A stretch of 64,000 nucleotides of DNA from Stylophora pistillata (Eukaryota), in the NCBI RefSeq assembly GCF_002571385.2, contig NW_019217967.1, forward strand, positions 462,560-526,559. The letters run 5' to 3'. Position numbers and translations under genes: made by a program. Shown one piece after another: positions 39,164 through 50,500 of the stretch (position 1 is its first letter; every line of letters begins with the position of its first letter). The notes beneath the pieces were generated by a model. That model was not told the DNA's origin. It did not search any database and was given only the letters and a program-made list of their open reading frames with translations.

Positions 39164-41217
39164 TGGGAAGAGAAAGGAAGCGATGAGAATATGCCAACAT
39201 TTGCTGTTGTCGCCAGCTAATTGGACTGACCTTTTTTAGGAATATTTATTCAATTTAAAAACTGAAAACATTGCGTTATCAAAGAAGAAAACAGAAAAGA
39301 GAACTGAATGTTTATCGCAAACCACCTGCATGGTACATATGAAATATGAATAAACTAAAACTTGAGCAACAAGCCACAGATACTGCTTGGTAATCATTTT
39401 TCCATGCGGTAACTGTAACAGTTATAAAAAGCTGTTTGATAACAGTAGAAAGTGCGGAATGATGATGTTTGTTTCGCAGTTCTAAGGGCTGTCAAAAAAA
39501 CTGAGAAGATTGGGCTGGAAGCGTGAGAAAAAATCCGTGTTTTTTTTCTATATTGGTGCGTCGTTGTATTCTAAGTCAGCCGGTGATTAAACACATTGAG
39601 AAAAAGCAATAAAAATTCGGTGCTAACGACTTTTACTACCATCCTATGTATTTAAATGCAAATACATATTTCACTTAACAATAATGCAAACAGATAGGCA
39701 AACTTGGCATCGTAAATGACTCATAAATCTTAATCAACATTCCTTTAATCAAGAAACGATGAAATTTGTGGCTTAAGTGAACTTGACAGCATAATTATGT
39801 TGGTTGTCGTGAAATCTTGGGAATGCGTTTATTTGAGAACAAATGAAAAGAAGTGACTCTTTTTTACCTCCAGAATATTAAACGATACGCTCAATTTTTT
39901 ATGTTTGGCGAAAAACAAATAAGAGTGATTAAAAAACGTTTTAATGAGCTGCCTGAGATCCCTGCCTGATAGAAGCCTGAGACGTGAATATGATTGCACG
40001 ATTCTTTTTTCAATGAGATTAATAATTGCTTCCATGTAGATCCTGCCAAATATCAAGTTTCACCAATATAACTGGTCTTTGATTATGTGTTTACAGCCAG
40101 AAATAGTTTACTGAACTGGTAACGAATGCGCCCGGCATCGAACGAGGTTACTCCATAAGGTACAGGCAGGAGGAACTGAAAAACGAGGAAATTCAAATTT
40201 TCGCCGCGAGACGGAAGAAAGGAAAAGAAAGATGAGGAAATTGCGTATTAAGGTTGCATTTGTAAGCATTTCATTTATTGACATTCAGCAAGAAGTAAAT
40301 GCCATATAAAATAGCTTTGTTGCTCTAAGCTTGGTTTGTTTGAAAAACAACATTGACAGTTTGGCGCTGAAGGAGGATGTTTATAAAGATGACTAATTAG
40401 GTGGATTGTAAATTAAGATTTTTTATTGTTACTCAAAAGTCGTTTACACAGAAATTTCCGCTAATTCTAATTGCTATGTTCTTAGCAATATTGCTCAGTT
40501 ATGACTGTTTTCTCGCTTCCTCTCGCTCTAACCTTAGACTGTTGTTGTATTTTGGTTTCTATGAATTTCAGTTGCTAAATCCATGTTCATATCTACAAAA
40601 AAAAAAACATATATATATATACAGTAAATGCTTTAAACCTAGGCTGGGGTAACAATTATCCTAGTATTCTGATCGCCTGGGTGAGAAAAGCCTTCAATAA
40701 ACCTGCATCGTCTGACGCTTAGCCTGATTGAAGGTCATCATTGGAGTCAAACTGGACCAGTTGTCGTCAGTCGACTGTAGTAAGTCTCATAGCACTTAAA
40801 TGAAACCATTCGACTGGGAAACAACCACCTCAATTGACTCCTATAATAACTTCCGCTTAGGTTGCCGAAACATTAGTTACTGTATTCAACAAAAGTTTTC
40901 TTCGAAATTACTCTAATCCAGACTATTATATTCGACAATCAACAGATAAACTGACATTTTGTACATTTTTCTTACTCTGAATCAACTACTTCTAATTGAT
41001 TGTGTGGAAGCAAACCTGGAAAATCTTTATACCCAATCGTTCTATAAATTGTTTTACCAAATTGTCTTCATAGCCAAGCTAAAGTGTTTAACTCCATCAC
41101 CAATCAGAACATAGTGCCCAGAACCACCATAAACACCTTCGAACAGTGTGCACATTTACGCATAATATATTAAATCCATAAATCAGTTTTATGTTTTTTA
41201 ACACTTCAAGTTTTCAT

Positions 41218-41910
41218 TCAGTCGGATAAAATGTTTTTGATGTGAAAACTTCTTTGGCGCAATCCCCTTTCATTGTCCATAAAACTGTTGTCGCACTGAC
41301 GAGCTTTCTCTATGGTACGCTGAGGAACAACATCTTCACAAGATTTCCAACCTTGGCCTTTTTCTAACGTTGATATCTGTAATTTTTTTTCCTGTGAAAT
41401 ACTCCTTCGATTTCTTTTGGAAGATCCTTTCCGTCTATACCCTAAGTCTCCCCGACTGAAGTCCTCATAGTTAAGAGGATTGATTGCCCAGAAGTGTCCT
41501 TTGCCGTTTGGAGAGCGACCTAGTTTAACAAAACAATCATTGAGCGATAAGTTGTGGCGTATGGAGTTACGCCATCCAGGTCTTCTATTCTTGAAGTAAG
41601 GGTGATATGTAAGAATGTAGTTGTAGATATCACCAAGAACAAGTTTCTGCTGTGGAGAGCTAAGAATTGCTTTTCCAATAAGACTGATGTACGACTCAGC
41701 TGGTTTTTGTTCATTCTTGCTTTGGGTCGGAATACCATGAAAGCTTTGATGGAAACATGGAGTAACAGAACCTGGAAGACGAAACGAAATCTCCGTGTTG
41801 GTGTATCCCAAATAACAAAACGAGTATGGAAAAGCTGGAAAAGTGGTTGCAGCTGGATGGTAAAACCTTGGAGACGTCATATTTAGAGGCCGCCAGAAAC
41901 TAGTTTCCAT
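41218..41910 (-). CDS. FOXQ2: Forkhead box Q2 paralogue B (intronless)
   Basis: KPAESYISLIGKAILSSPQQKLVLGDIY..PGWRNSIRHNLSLNDCFVKLGRSPNGKGHFWAI; C-terminal FHIKNIL. First ATG at 41910 (the ORF track starts at an upstream GTG). Confidence 0.87.
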   Translation of the reverse strand: METSFWRPLNMTSPRFYHPAATTFPAFPYSFCYLGYTNTEISFRLPGSVTPCFHQSFHGIPTQSKNEQKPAESYISLIGKAILSSPQQKLVLGDIYNYILTYHPYFKNRRPGWRNSIRHNLSLNDCFVKLGRSPNGKGHFWAINPLNYEDFSRGDLGYRRKGSSKRNRRSISQEKKLQISTLEKGQGWKSCEDVVPQRTIEKARQCDNSFMDNERGLRQRSFHIKNILSD

Positions 41911-44900
41911 TGGGTCAAACGTTTTGGCCACTGGTTTAACTGTCAGTTATGAGAATGTCAGTCAATTCACTTTCAGTTCGGCTGTTGCCCAAATGAAATT
42001 CAACTTTGCGCAGATGAATAAGTTTTTATATTGGCTTAGGAAACGCTTGTCGTAATTAATCAACAATGTTATTGTTTTGTACAATAGAACTGCTTCTAAT
42101 CGTCATTGCTCAATGTCAAATCAAATCAACTCAGAACTGAAATATCATAATCAATATAATCATGAAATTCTATTTTTGTGCATTTCTTAGGAGATCCTTC
42201 AGCATATCTTTCTTGAGAACATGCACCTACTTCATCCTTGAAATTTTTGACTCCCTTGAATTTTTTTTCATTGCTCTAAGCTTATTATTTACAATTAACG
42301 CCCCACGCCTTGTGTTTGGCTTTCCTTTCAGACTTGTTTGAAAAACAAATACAATGTAGCTTTTCTTTGAAGGAGCGTTCCATTCATTTTTACGTTAATA
42401 GTCCCCGAGAGAGTATTTCGATCTATAGAAGACAGGTAAAAGCAAAGTTTAGCTGATGAAAAATAACATTACAGGACGCTGCTAGTAATATAGTGGGAAT
42501 GAACAAAAACAAGCGTGCTAAAATTGAAATAACTAATATAAATGTAAACAAATCTTTCGATCATTTTTCTTTATATCAGGGTATTTATTTACAGTATTGT
42601 TTGTCTAATGTTCTAATTTGAGTGTTATTGTTCGCTAATGGAAGGGTCTACTTCAGGGGCGGGACCATTTGTCTTCCTAACAAACCAAAACACGATTTGT
42701 TTGGTCAGATTTTAAAATGATTGCAGACAGGGAATTTATTAATGATCAACAAATACTATGAAAATTGCTTGTATCTCTGGCCTACCATAGATGCTAAAGA
42801 AAAATCACTTGAACAACCAAAACTCATTGTTCTTTTGATCTTCATATCCTATATATGGCTAAATCTGCTTTCGCCAAAGAACATCGAATCAAAATCTTAG
42901 ATTTTTTTGTCAGTTACGTTGCTTCTTTAGACAAACACTTCTCGGAGTCTACTTGACTAAGAGCAAATTCACTGCGCACAACTGAGTAAAGAAATATTAA
43001 ATGTCACCCCTTGTTTTCATTTAAAAAGATGATCAACTACGTGGCTTTCAAGCACGTTTTTATTTGCTTTATATCAAGCGGCTGCTCAGAAATTTTCTTG
43101 TCAACAGTCAAATGCCCGTGGTAACACCTGTTTGACACTGACATGATTAATGTATTTGATGTTCACATTTGCAGCCATCTTCGATATGAGAATAAAAACT
43201 AATGTCTCCCCTACTTCAAAAGTATGTGCAGACTTCATACTGATCTGCGGGTTGAAGGAACACTTAAAAACTTCTGCAGAGTAACTTTGAGGGTCCAGTA
43301 CATAGAGAAAGACACAACTTGGGACCTCGGCTATCCGACAGGTTATTGATATTACTTGTCTGATTACACTGTAGAGAAAGTTGTCACACAAGTGGGTTTT
43401 CCAGTGTCGTAAAAATCGCATTTGAAATGTTGGAGTCAAGATTCTTCAAAAAGCTTCAATGTTACTACGTAACATAACACTACCTTGTTGGGTTCACTGA
43501 TTGCCTTAATTACGCCTTTGATTCTTAAATCCGGTCTACTTAGCGCCATCTTAGTTAGGACAAGCTTTCTTCATTGTCACTATGATTTACTTCCTCAATG
43601 TACATATATTCTCCATATGAAGTGTCAATCTTGTTAGAAACATTATAAAGCGCATGTACGTCTGCCCAACTGAACCAAATTTTTCCTCCTTTAATTTCTT
43701 TTTAAAGGAACCCTTAAACGTTAAACTCGACACAAGCGATGATTCTATCCCTGTTCGCTTAAAACAGGTTTCAGTGTTGCTAATCAGCGACTTGCAGCAA
43801 TCTCAACTACAAATCTGCAGTTTTAGCTGTTTTTACAAAATTTTTATTTTTTCTCCTGCAAACCAGTAAATTCTCTTTTGTAAATGTGAACTGGTTTCCA
43901 CAAATTATCCAAAAATGAATATCGCAAGTCTAGAACAGCTAGACAGGAGCGAGGAATTGAGGGCAATGTAAATTTGAAACTATAGTCCCATTGCGTGATA
44001 GCAATGATTTCTTTGGGTCTTATCGTTACTTTCTACTTGAATTTGGACATTTGAAGGTGCTATTTGAAACTGCTGGCATCAATGGAAAACTCAGCAAGAA
44101 AGTGATACTTGTTCTTCTTGATTAATCCCATTGCAAAAGTTGTAGAACAGATTCGCTCACGGGCCACAACGACTTTAAATTGTTCTGATTTGACTTTTAC
44201 AAGACTAGAAAATGGCTGTCACCCACATAATTTCAAATATTTCCATAATTAAAAATGTTCCCAAACCTCGACACGAAAGTCAGTTAAACCAATTTCATAA
44301 CACTGATTTCAAATATTGTTTCCTTTTGTTAAAAGTTCAGCATTCAGAACCATGCGTTTTAACGCTTCGTTTGTTTCTTACGCCCTGTTCCCTACAAAAG
44401 ACGGTGTTGCCATTTATCAGTGAAGAGGCCACACACAACACGTTACTTATTTGTTTTATTGTTTCTTGAACCGTAAATTTACATGTTAAAGGAATGGGGT
44501 GGAGACAAAATCCTTGAGAACTGCATTGTTCAAAGGTTTTCTTATGGTTTTCCATCATAGCATAATGAATAGATAAATGTTTGCTTACGTCTCAACACGC
44601 CTACCTATTTTTTATTTTTACAATAATCTACCAGTGCGCTTTCTTGCTATGAAAAATAAATTAAATTCGTGCCTTTTTGGTTTGTAACCCTTTTGCGTTA
44701 CTCTGCTATATACATATCTCTTGATAGTCGGCCATCTCGGAAAACGTTGTTCCAATATATATTTTAAAGGGAATCAAATTGACATTAACACGTTATCTTT
44801 AGCTAACACTCTCAAATCCAAACTCGATGGCTAAAAGTTTCCAAAAGTTTAGAGGCTCAAAACATCCTCCCGAAAAAAATTTTCTGTAGTTTAGTTACTG

Positions 44901-44949
44901 AAGTAATACACCGAGGGAACATAATCCAAATAATAATCGAGAAAATCGG

Positions 44950-45657
44950 TCATAAGAAATCTGTTTTGGTGCCTGAGCCATTCTCTCGGTGATGAACTCT
45001 GTGCACTTCAAGTTCTTTTTTAGCAGGCATCTGCCTCTGTGTCACAATGGAAAATGCTGACACCGCTTCGTGCGTTTCACTGCTTTTGATATCTTCCCAT
45101 TTGTCCGACAGTAGCGTCTCGATGTGAAAACCTCTTTTTTCTGTTTCATCTGGAAAAGTGTGACTGATGTAATGGATTTCTTGCAATGTGCACCTCTGAA
45201 CATGTCCAGATGTGTTCGTTTTTGTTTCACCCCTCTCTTTTCTCTCCCAGTTTCTTCTTGTGGCCCTTTTACGTTTGTACTCTCCCCGACTGAAGTCCTC
45301 ATAGTTAAGAGGATTGATTGCCCAGAAGTGTCCTTTGCCGTTTGGAGAGCGACCCAGTTTAACAAAGCAATCATTGAGCGATAAGTTGTGGCGTATGGAG
45401 TTACGCCATCCAGGTCCTCTATTCCTGAAGTAAGGGTAATTTGTTAGAATGTGGTTGTAGATATCACCAAGAACAAGTTTCTGCTGAGGAGAGCTTAAAA
45501 TTGCTTTTCCAATCAGACCAATATATGACTGAGTTGGTTTTTCTTCATCTGCGGGTTGGTAGGGGATGCCTTGAAAGCTTTGGTGGTAACATGGTATACA
45601 TGGACCAACATAACCAGGTAGAACTTTTATGTCTTGACCGCGAGAAGGGTAAGACAT
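44950..45657 (-). CDS. FOXQ2: Forkhead box Q2 paralogue C (N-terminally truncated by an upstream nonsense codon; possible pseudogene allele)
   Basis: Intact forkhead box and FHIETLL motif. The homologous N-terminus continues in frame to ATGs at 45774 and 45795 but is broken by TAG at 45691-45693. Confidence 0.78.
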   Translation of the reverse strand: MSYPSRGQDIKVLPGYVGPCIPCYHQSFQGIPYQPADEEKPTQSYIGLIGKAILSSPQQKLVLGDIYNHILTNYPYFRNRGPGWRNSIRHNLSLNDCFVKLGRSPNGKGHFWAINPLNYEDFSRGEYKRKRATRRNWERKERGETKTNTSGHVQRCTLQEIHYISHTFPDETEKRGFHIETLLSDKWEDIKSSETHEAVSAFSIVTQRQMPAKKELEVHRVHHRENGSGTKTDFL

Positions 45658-47529
45658 TTCTTGGCTAACGTACCCACTGTGAAAGGATGACTACGGGAAC
45701 ATTGGAGCTATAGGGATGCTTGGATGATAAAAAGGTGCAGAGTTGATATTCACTAGCGAAAAACTGCTTTCCATTGGCTCAAACTTGGTCAACATCAGAA
45801 TTTATAGCAGGGATCAAAGTTTGGAGACTTTTACAGGATTCACACTCGAGTTCAAATGAACATGGCACGAGTGAACAAACTCTGATACTGGACTGTAAAA
45901 CGCTGTGGTTTACGTAATTGATTAATGACACTTTTACTGCCACAAACAATCAAACTCCTTGATATTGGTTTTCAAGCCTAAAAAGGCTTTCATCCAACTA
46001 TATTTGGGATCAATTTGTATGTCTGATCAAACAATGTTCAACAAGCCGAGTCGGGGAAAATCTTTTGATTAAATGTTTTTGTTTTCAATTCAAATCAAAT
46101 CTCAAGAAGCTCAGACTAGCTAATTCTAGTTAACATATTTGTCCGCTTATTCGTATAATTAGCACCCTTATAATTTATTTAGCATTTTTGAATAACCATC
46201 ACAACACATCTGCAACTTGCTTAACCTTAAAAAAGGAAGGTTTATTCTTTTATTCCCTTAGGACCCATTCCCACTCTTTTTTAACCGAGTACCTCTAACC
46301 TCCTCGTCAAAAGACAAGACTGCTCACTACGTGCAAACAACAAAAAAGGCAATTTCAAATAGCTTAGAGCTGTAAAATGGGGCGGTTAATGTAATACTTC
46401 ATGAAAGACATGGCTACAAATACTGAACTAAACTGTTTGAAGTAATACTAATCCGTTCCAGTGTTCTGTTTGCAGAAGAATAGAGTTAATAACACATCCG
46501 CCCGTACAATTGTTTGGCATTGTTTGTGTAACGTGCTAATGCTAGCGTTATTGTTTACGGCCACAAAGGCGCGTGATTGCTGCGACTCACAAAGGAACAA
46601 TTACTTGTGGTTTTTTTTTCTGGGGTTTCCGGTGAAACACAGAAGTACTTTTGTGATCCGGCCTAACAAATTCCTCCTTTGATGGCAATCAACGCCAAAC
46701 TCAAACATGACACTCCCCTTTTTCGCGTAATTTATTTTATGTTTTCGTTGTGATGTTCAGTACTGTTTGAAGGTGGATCGATTCAACTACAGTAAAAGAT
46801 TTTACTAAAAAACCAAATTGGTTTTCGTGGTTAAAATATTTTAATTTCGAAAAGTACTTTAGTTTCACAAATTCAATCACCAGGTCTATTTACTCTTAAT
46901 AGCCTCGACCTGAGGATTTAAAGCTTTTTCACACATAATTCCAACATAAGCAGCGTATACCTCACATCATTAGTATTAATACATGCAAAACGCAAGTGAT
47001 GCTTTTATCCTCTTTTGGAAATAAAAAAAAATATAATAAAGCAACACACAGCCATGTCTACAAAGGAGACACGAATAAAATGTCATCATTTAACTCTTTC
47101 ATTCCAATGAGCACGTTTTTCAGAGTATTCAGGTAATTTCACTGTTCTTGCGCTTCATTAAAGCTACACTAAATAAATTTGAAAACTGTGATTTAAATTT
47201 GAAATCGTAACAAGAATTTTCCCTCTAAGGGAAACGGATAAATATATTCTCCCATGACCCTACAACGATCATAGACGGACGAAAACGCTTTACTGCAGCT
47301 TTGCATATGCGCATGGAACCTACGACAAATGTGGCTTCTCATCCAATAAAATAACCATTAGAAATTCATTAGAAATAAAGCTTTCTTTCTGTTATTTACA
47401 AGGAAATCAAAGACCTTATTTGTTCATTTCTCTTATTTTGTTGTCAGTTCTGCTTTTGAACTGACTCAGTATATTGAAGTATCTAATGAAAAACAATTTT
47501 TCATTAGTAAGACATATGTTGTCATATTT

Positions 47530-50500
47530 TTATTTTCCAGTTTTTCCTTCCGCTGTATCACTTGAAGGAGTAATGGACTGTAGTCTCTTCAACTCGCTCT
47601 GTATCTCCATAAAGCGACCAGGATTAGTCCCAACCTAAACAAAATAACCAGAGTACGATAAGAAACAGAAAAGGGCTCATTCGAGGAGATAGATCGGTTT
47701 TCGATTGAATGCAGCCAACGAAAAAACAAAGTAACCAAGACGACCAATCAGAACAATGGTAAGGGAGCCCGCGAAAACTCAAAGCAACAACATTCAGCGC
47801 GGGAAAAGAAGAGGGTGGCGAAGTCGCCATTGGTAATGTCTGCTTATGATTGCTTGAGAGGTGGCGTTAGTTATCAAGACCAATCAGCAGGAAAAGTATC
47901 CCGGACGATCCCGGATTACTTTCGATACTCTTATTAGTAATTATAATGCACTCTCCGACAAAGGGCAGTACCGGTTTACACGTAAATCCTTCTGGAATAT
48001 TTTTCTAGGAGAGCCACTCTCGATAAAGTCGAAGGAAAAACTGGGATTGCTTAGGCTTTCCTCCCTTGCGACCCTGACGTTTTGAATGGCATCAATAACA
48101 TGCCCAACTGAATCAGATTGCTTATAAAGTTCTCCTGCTTATAAAACCTATCTGGCTCCAATAAACACTTTGGTTTTGTGTTTCACAAGGAGCAGATGAA
48201 GATCACTTAACAAATAAACCACAAGATCCTCGCCAACAGCTTTTAAAGGAAAATGAACAGCCTGGCATAAAAATTCCCCGCAAGCAAATAAAAAACAGAC
48301 AAACAAAAGGAAAAATAACTCCCCGACCCTTACTTAAACCGCATACCTACCTTTAATCGCTTTTTAATTAGAGGAGGGATATTTTCTAATACAAAGGAAG
48401 CATTCTTTAGGATGAACTCACGCTGGAAAAAAAAACACACACACAAAATGTTATTTAAGACATCAGAACAAGACGGTTGTAAATCGTAGTTCCATTGTTA
48501 ACGCTGAGCTAATCAGAGCTTGTCAGCCACTTGCCTTGAATCCTGCGTCTCGCGGTTTTATAATAATTTCCGGAATGAGATTAACAAATCGAACTAAACC
48601 GAACCGAAAAGAGCAGATCTGAACAAAACATAATAAACGAAAGAGGCAGAAGATTAAAGCCTTCGGTAAGGCAGACATTTTTGTTCAGCGCGCAGGGGAG
48701 CCTTGGACATTGACTGCCGCCAGCACTATCGCCAAAGGCCACTGGCAAGTGGAAGTCCTCGCTGGAAGAGATGAACGCTTAACCCAGGAAGATACTTACC
48801 TGGCTTGCATACCGACCAGACTTAAGAATGGCCTCAAACAGAACTACTTGGTTTTCAAACAAATCTCCGATGCAATCTACAAACCATGGCTGAAGCTGAA
48901 AGTCAAAGAGAATACTTCAATTTTACAAACCAAATAAAAGATAAAGATCAGGGAAAGAAAATTATACGTTTGTGTTCACACATATAAGCGGATTTCTTGC
49001 CTGCGGTGTATTGACCGTTAATCCATCTGCTACAAAGCCCAACACTCCTTTAATAAAAGCCACGGTGGAACTACTCAGGTTCACTTTATTACCATCTGTA
49101 AACAATAAAACAGAAAAGTGAAGAAGATTCATTACTATTATCTCAGTAAGCTTCCAGTAAAGCTCCTTTCTACCGACTGTTGATTATAACCGAGAAGCTA
49201 TCGGCCGACTGGTTGGAACCAGTGGCTTTCACCGAAAAAATACCGTCTCAGTAAGCTTCCAGTAAAGCTCCTTTCTACCGACTGTTGATTATGACCGAGA
49301 GGCTATCGGCCGACTGGTTGGAACGACTGGTTGGAACGACTGATTGGAACCAGTGGCTTTCACCGAAAAAATACCGTCAGGTTAAGGTAGACAACCGGCA
49401 GATTACCGACAGGTTGGAGCACACTGCCAACAGATTATTGACTGGTAGTAACAGGCTGCCGAAAGATTTCCCAGAGGCTAAGACAGACTACCGAAGTAGT
49501 AGTAGTTGTGAATCTTTATTAAAAGTGTCAAAAGCTGTCTAGCTAGGGAAAAATCCCTTACTTATTTGGGGACACTAAAAAGGTAAAAAGGAAAGGAAAA
49601 AAGACTAAGAGCTATTTACAGTAGTATATATAAATATATTATAACTAAGAGAAAATCTATAGTTTACTTATTACGGGATTTGTGATAAAAAATATATAAA
49701 ATTCAAGAGAAGCAGAGGCTACAGCGTATGCAGCAATCATCCAAGAGCTCACTTATACTGAGTTGGCGTATCTTGCCTTTGAACGACATGAGGGTCTCGA
49801 CCTCTCTTACACTCTTGGGTAATTTTGTCCATAACATGGGCCCTAGAAGTCTTACAGAGTGTTTGCCATAAGTGACAGTTTCATACCTGGGTATACCGAA
49901 AGGTTATCGGCAGTATGGGACTAGCTCTTGACTCAATACCGTACGCTATCGACAGGACAACTGAATGCGAACAGTCGGTCGGTGTACGTGGTTAGCGTGC
50001 TCAACTTTAGACTGAGAAATGTGAGTGCGGAACCCGACATGATGTAAGGGGAAGCTTGTTTTTAAGGGCAGGTTTACCATTGAAGCATGAACCCGAACAA
50101 CTATCATTTAATTGTTGTAATTCAAACACAGAATTCTAGATAAACACAAAAAGACATGTAAACGAAATTTTTATGAAAAAATTTCAGACACAGCTTCTTA
50201 CCAACGAGCTCTTGAAAACTCTCAATACCCAGGCTTTCCATTTCTTCACATAATTTTCCAAGCTGATCTGCTGGTCCTTCAAACTCCATTGGTTTCCAAT
50301 TTGTTTCCTTGATGAGGAAAAAAAATATGATATGTAGTGGTTAATTTACAATAGGGAGAAAATTTCTGTAGCTTTGAGCAATTTGAAATCATTGTATTCT
50401 TCAGCGCAGAGGAGGCCACGTTTAAGAGGTTCAAAGTAAAACACAGGAAGCAGCTGGGGTCTAAGGCCCAGGCCTCACTCACCCACGCACTCACCCACTC

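Noticed and set aside
43101-43439. 112-aa ORF between FoxQ2 copies
   Set aside because: Non-ATG start, no recognisable motif and no splice context.
47942-48135. Alternative EXOC8 terminal exon
   Set aside because: An open frame exists but has no resemblance to Exo84; the 47530-47634 exon fits phase and sequence better.
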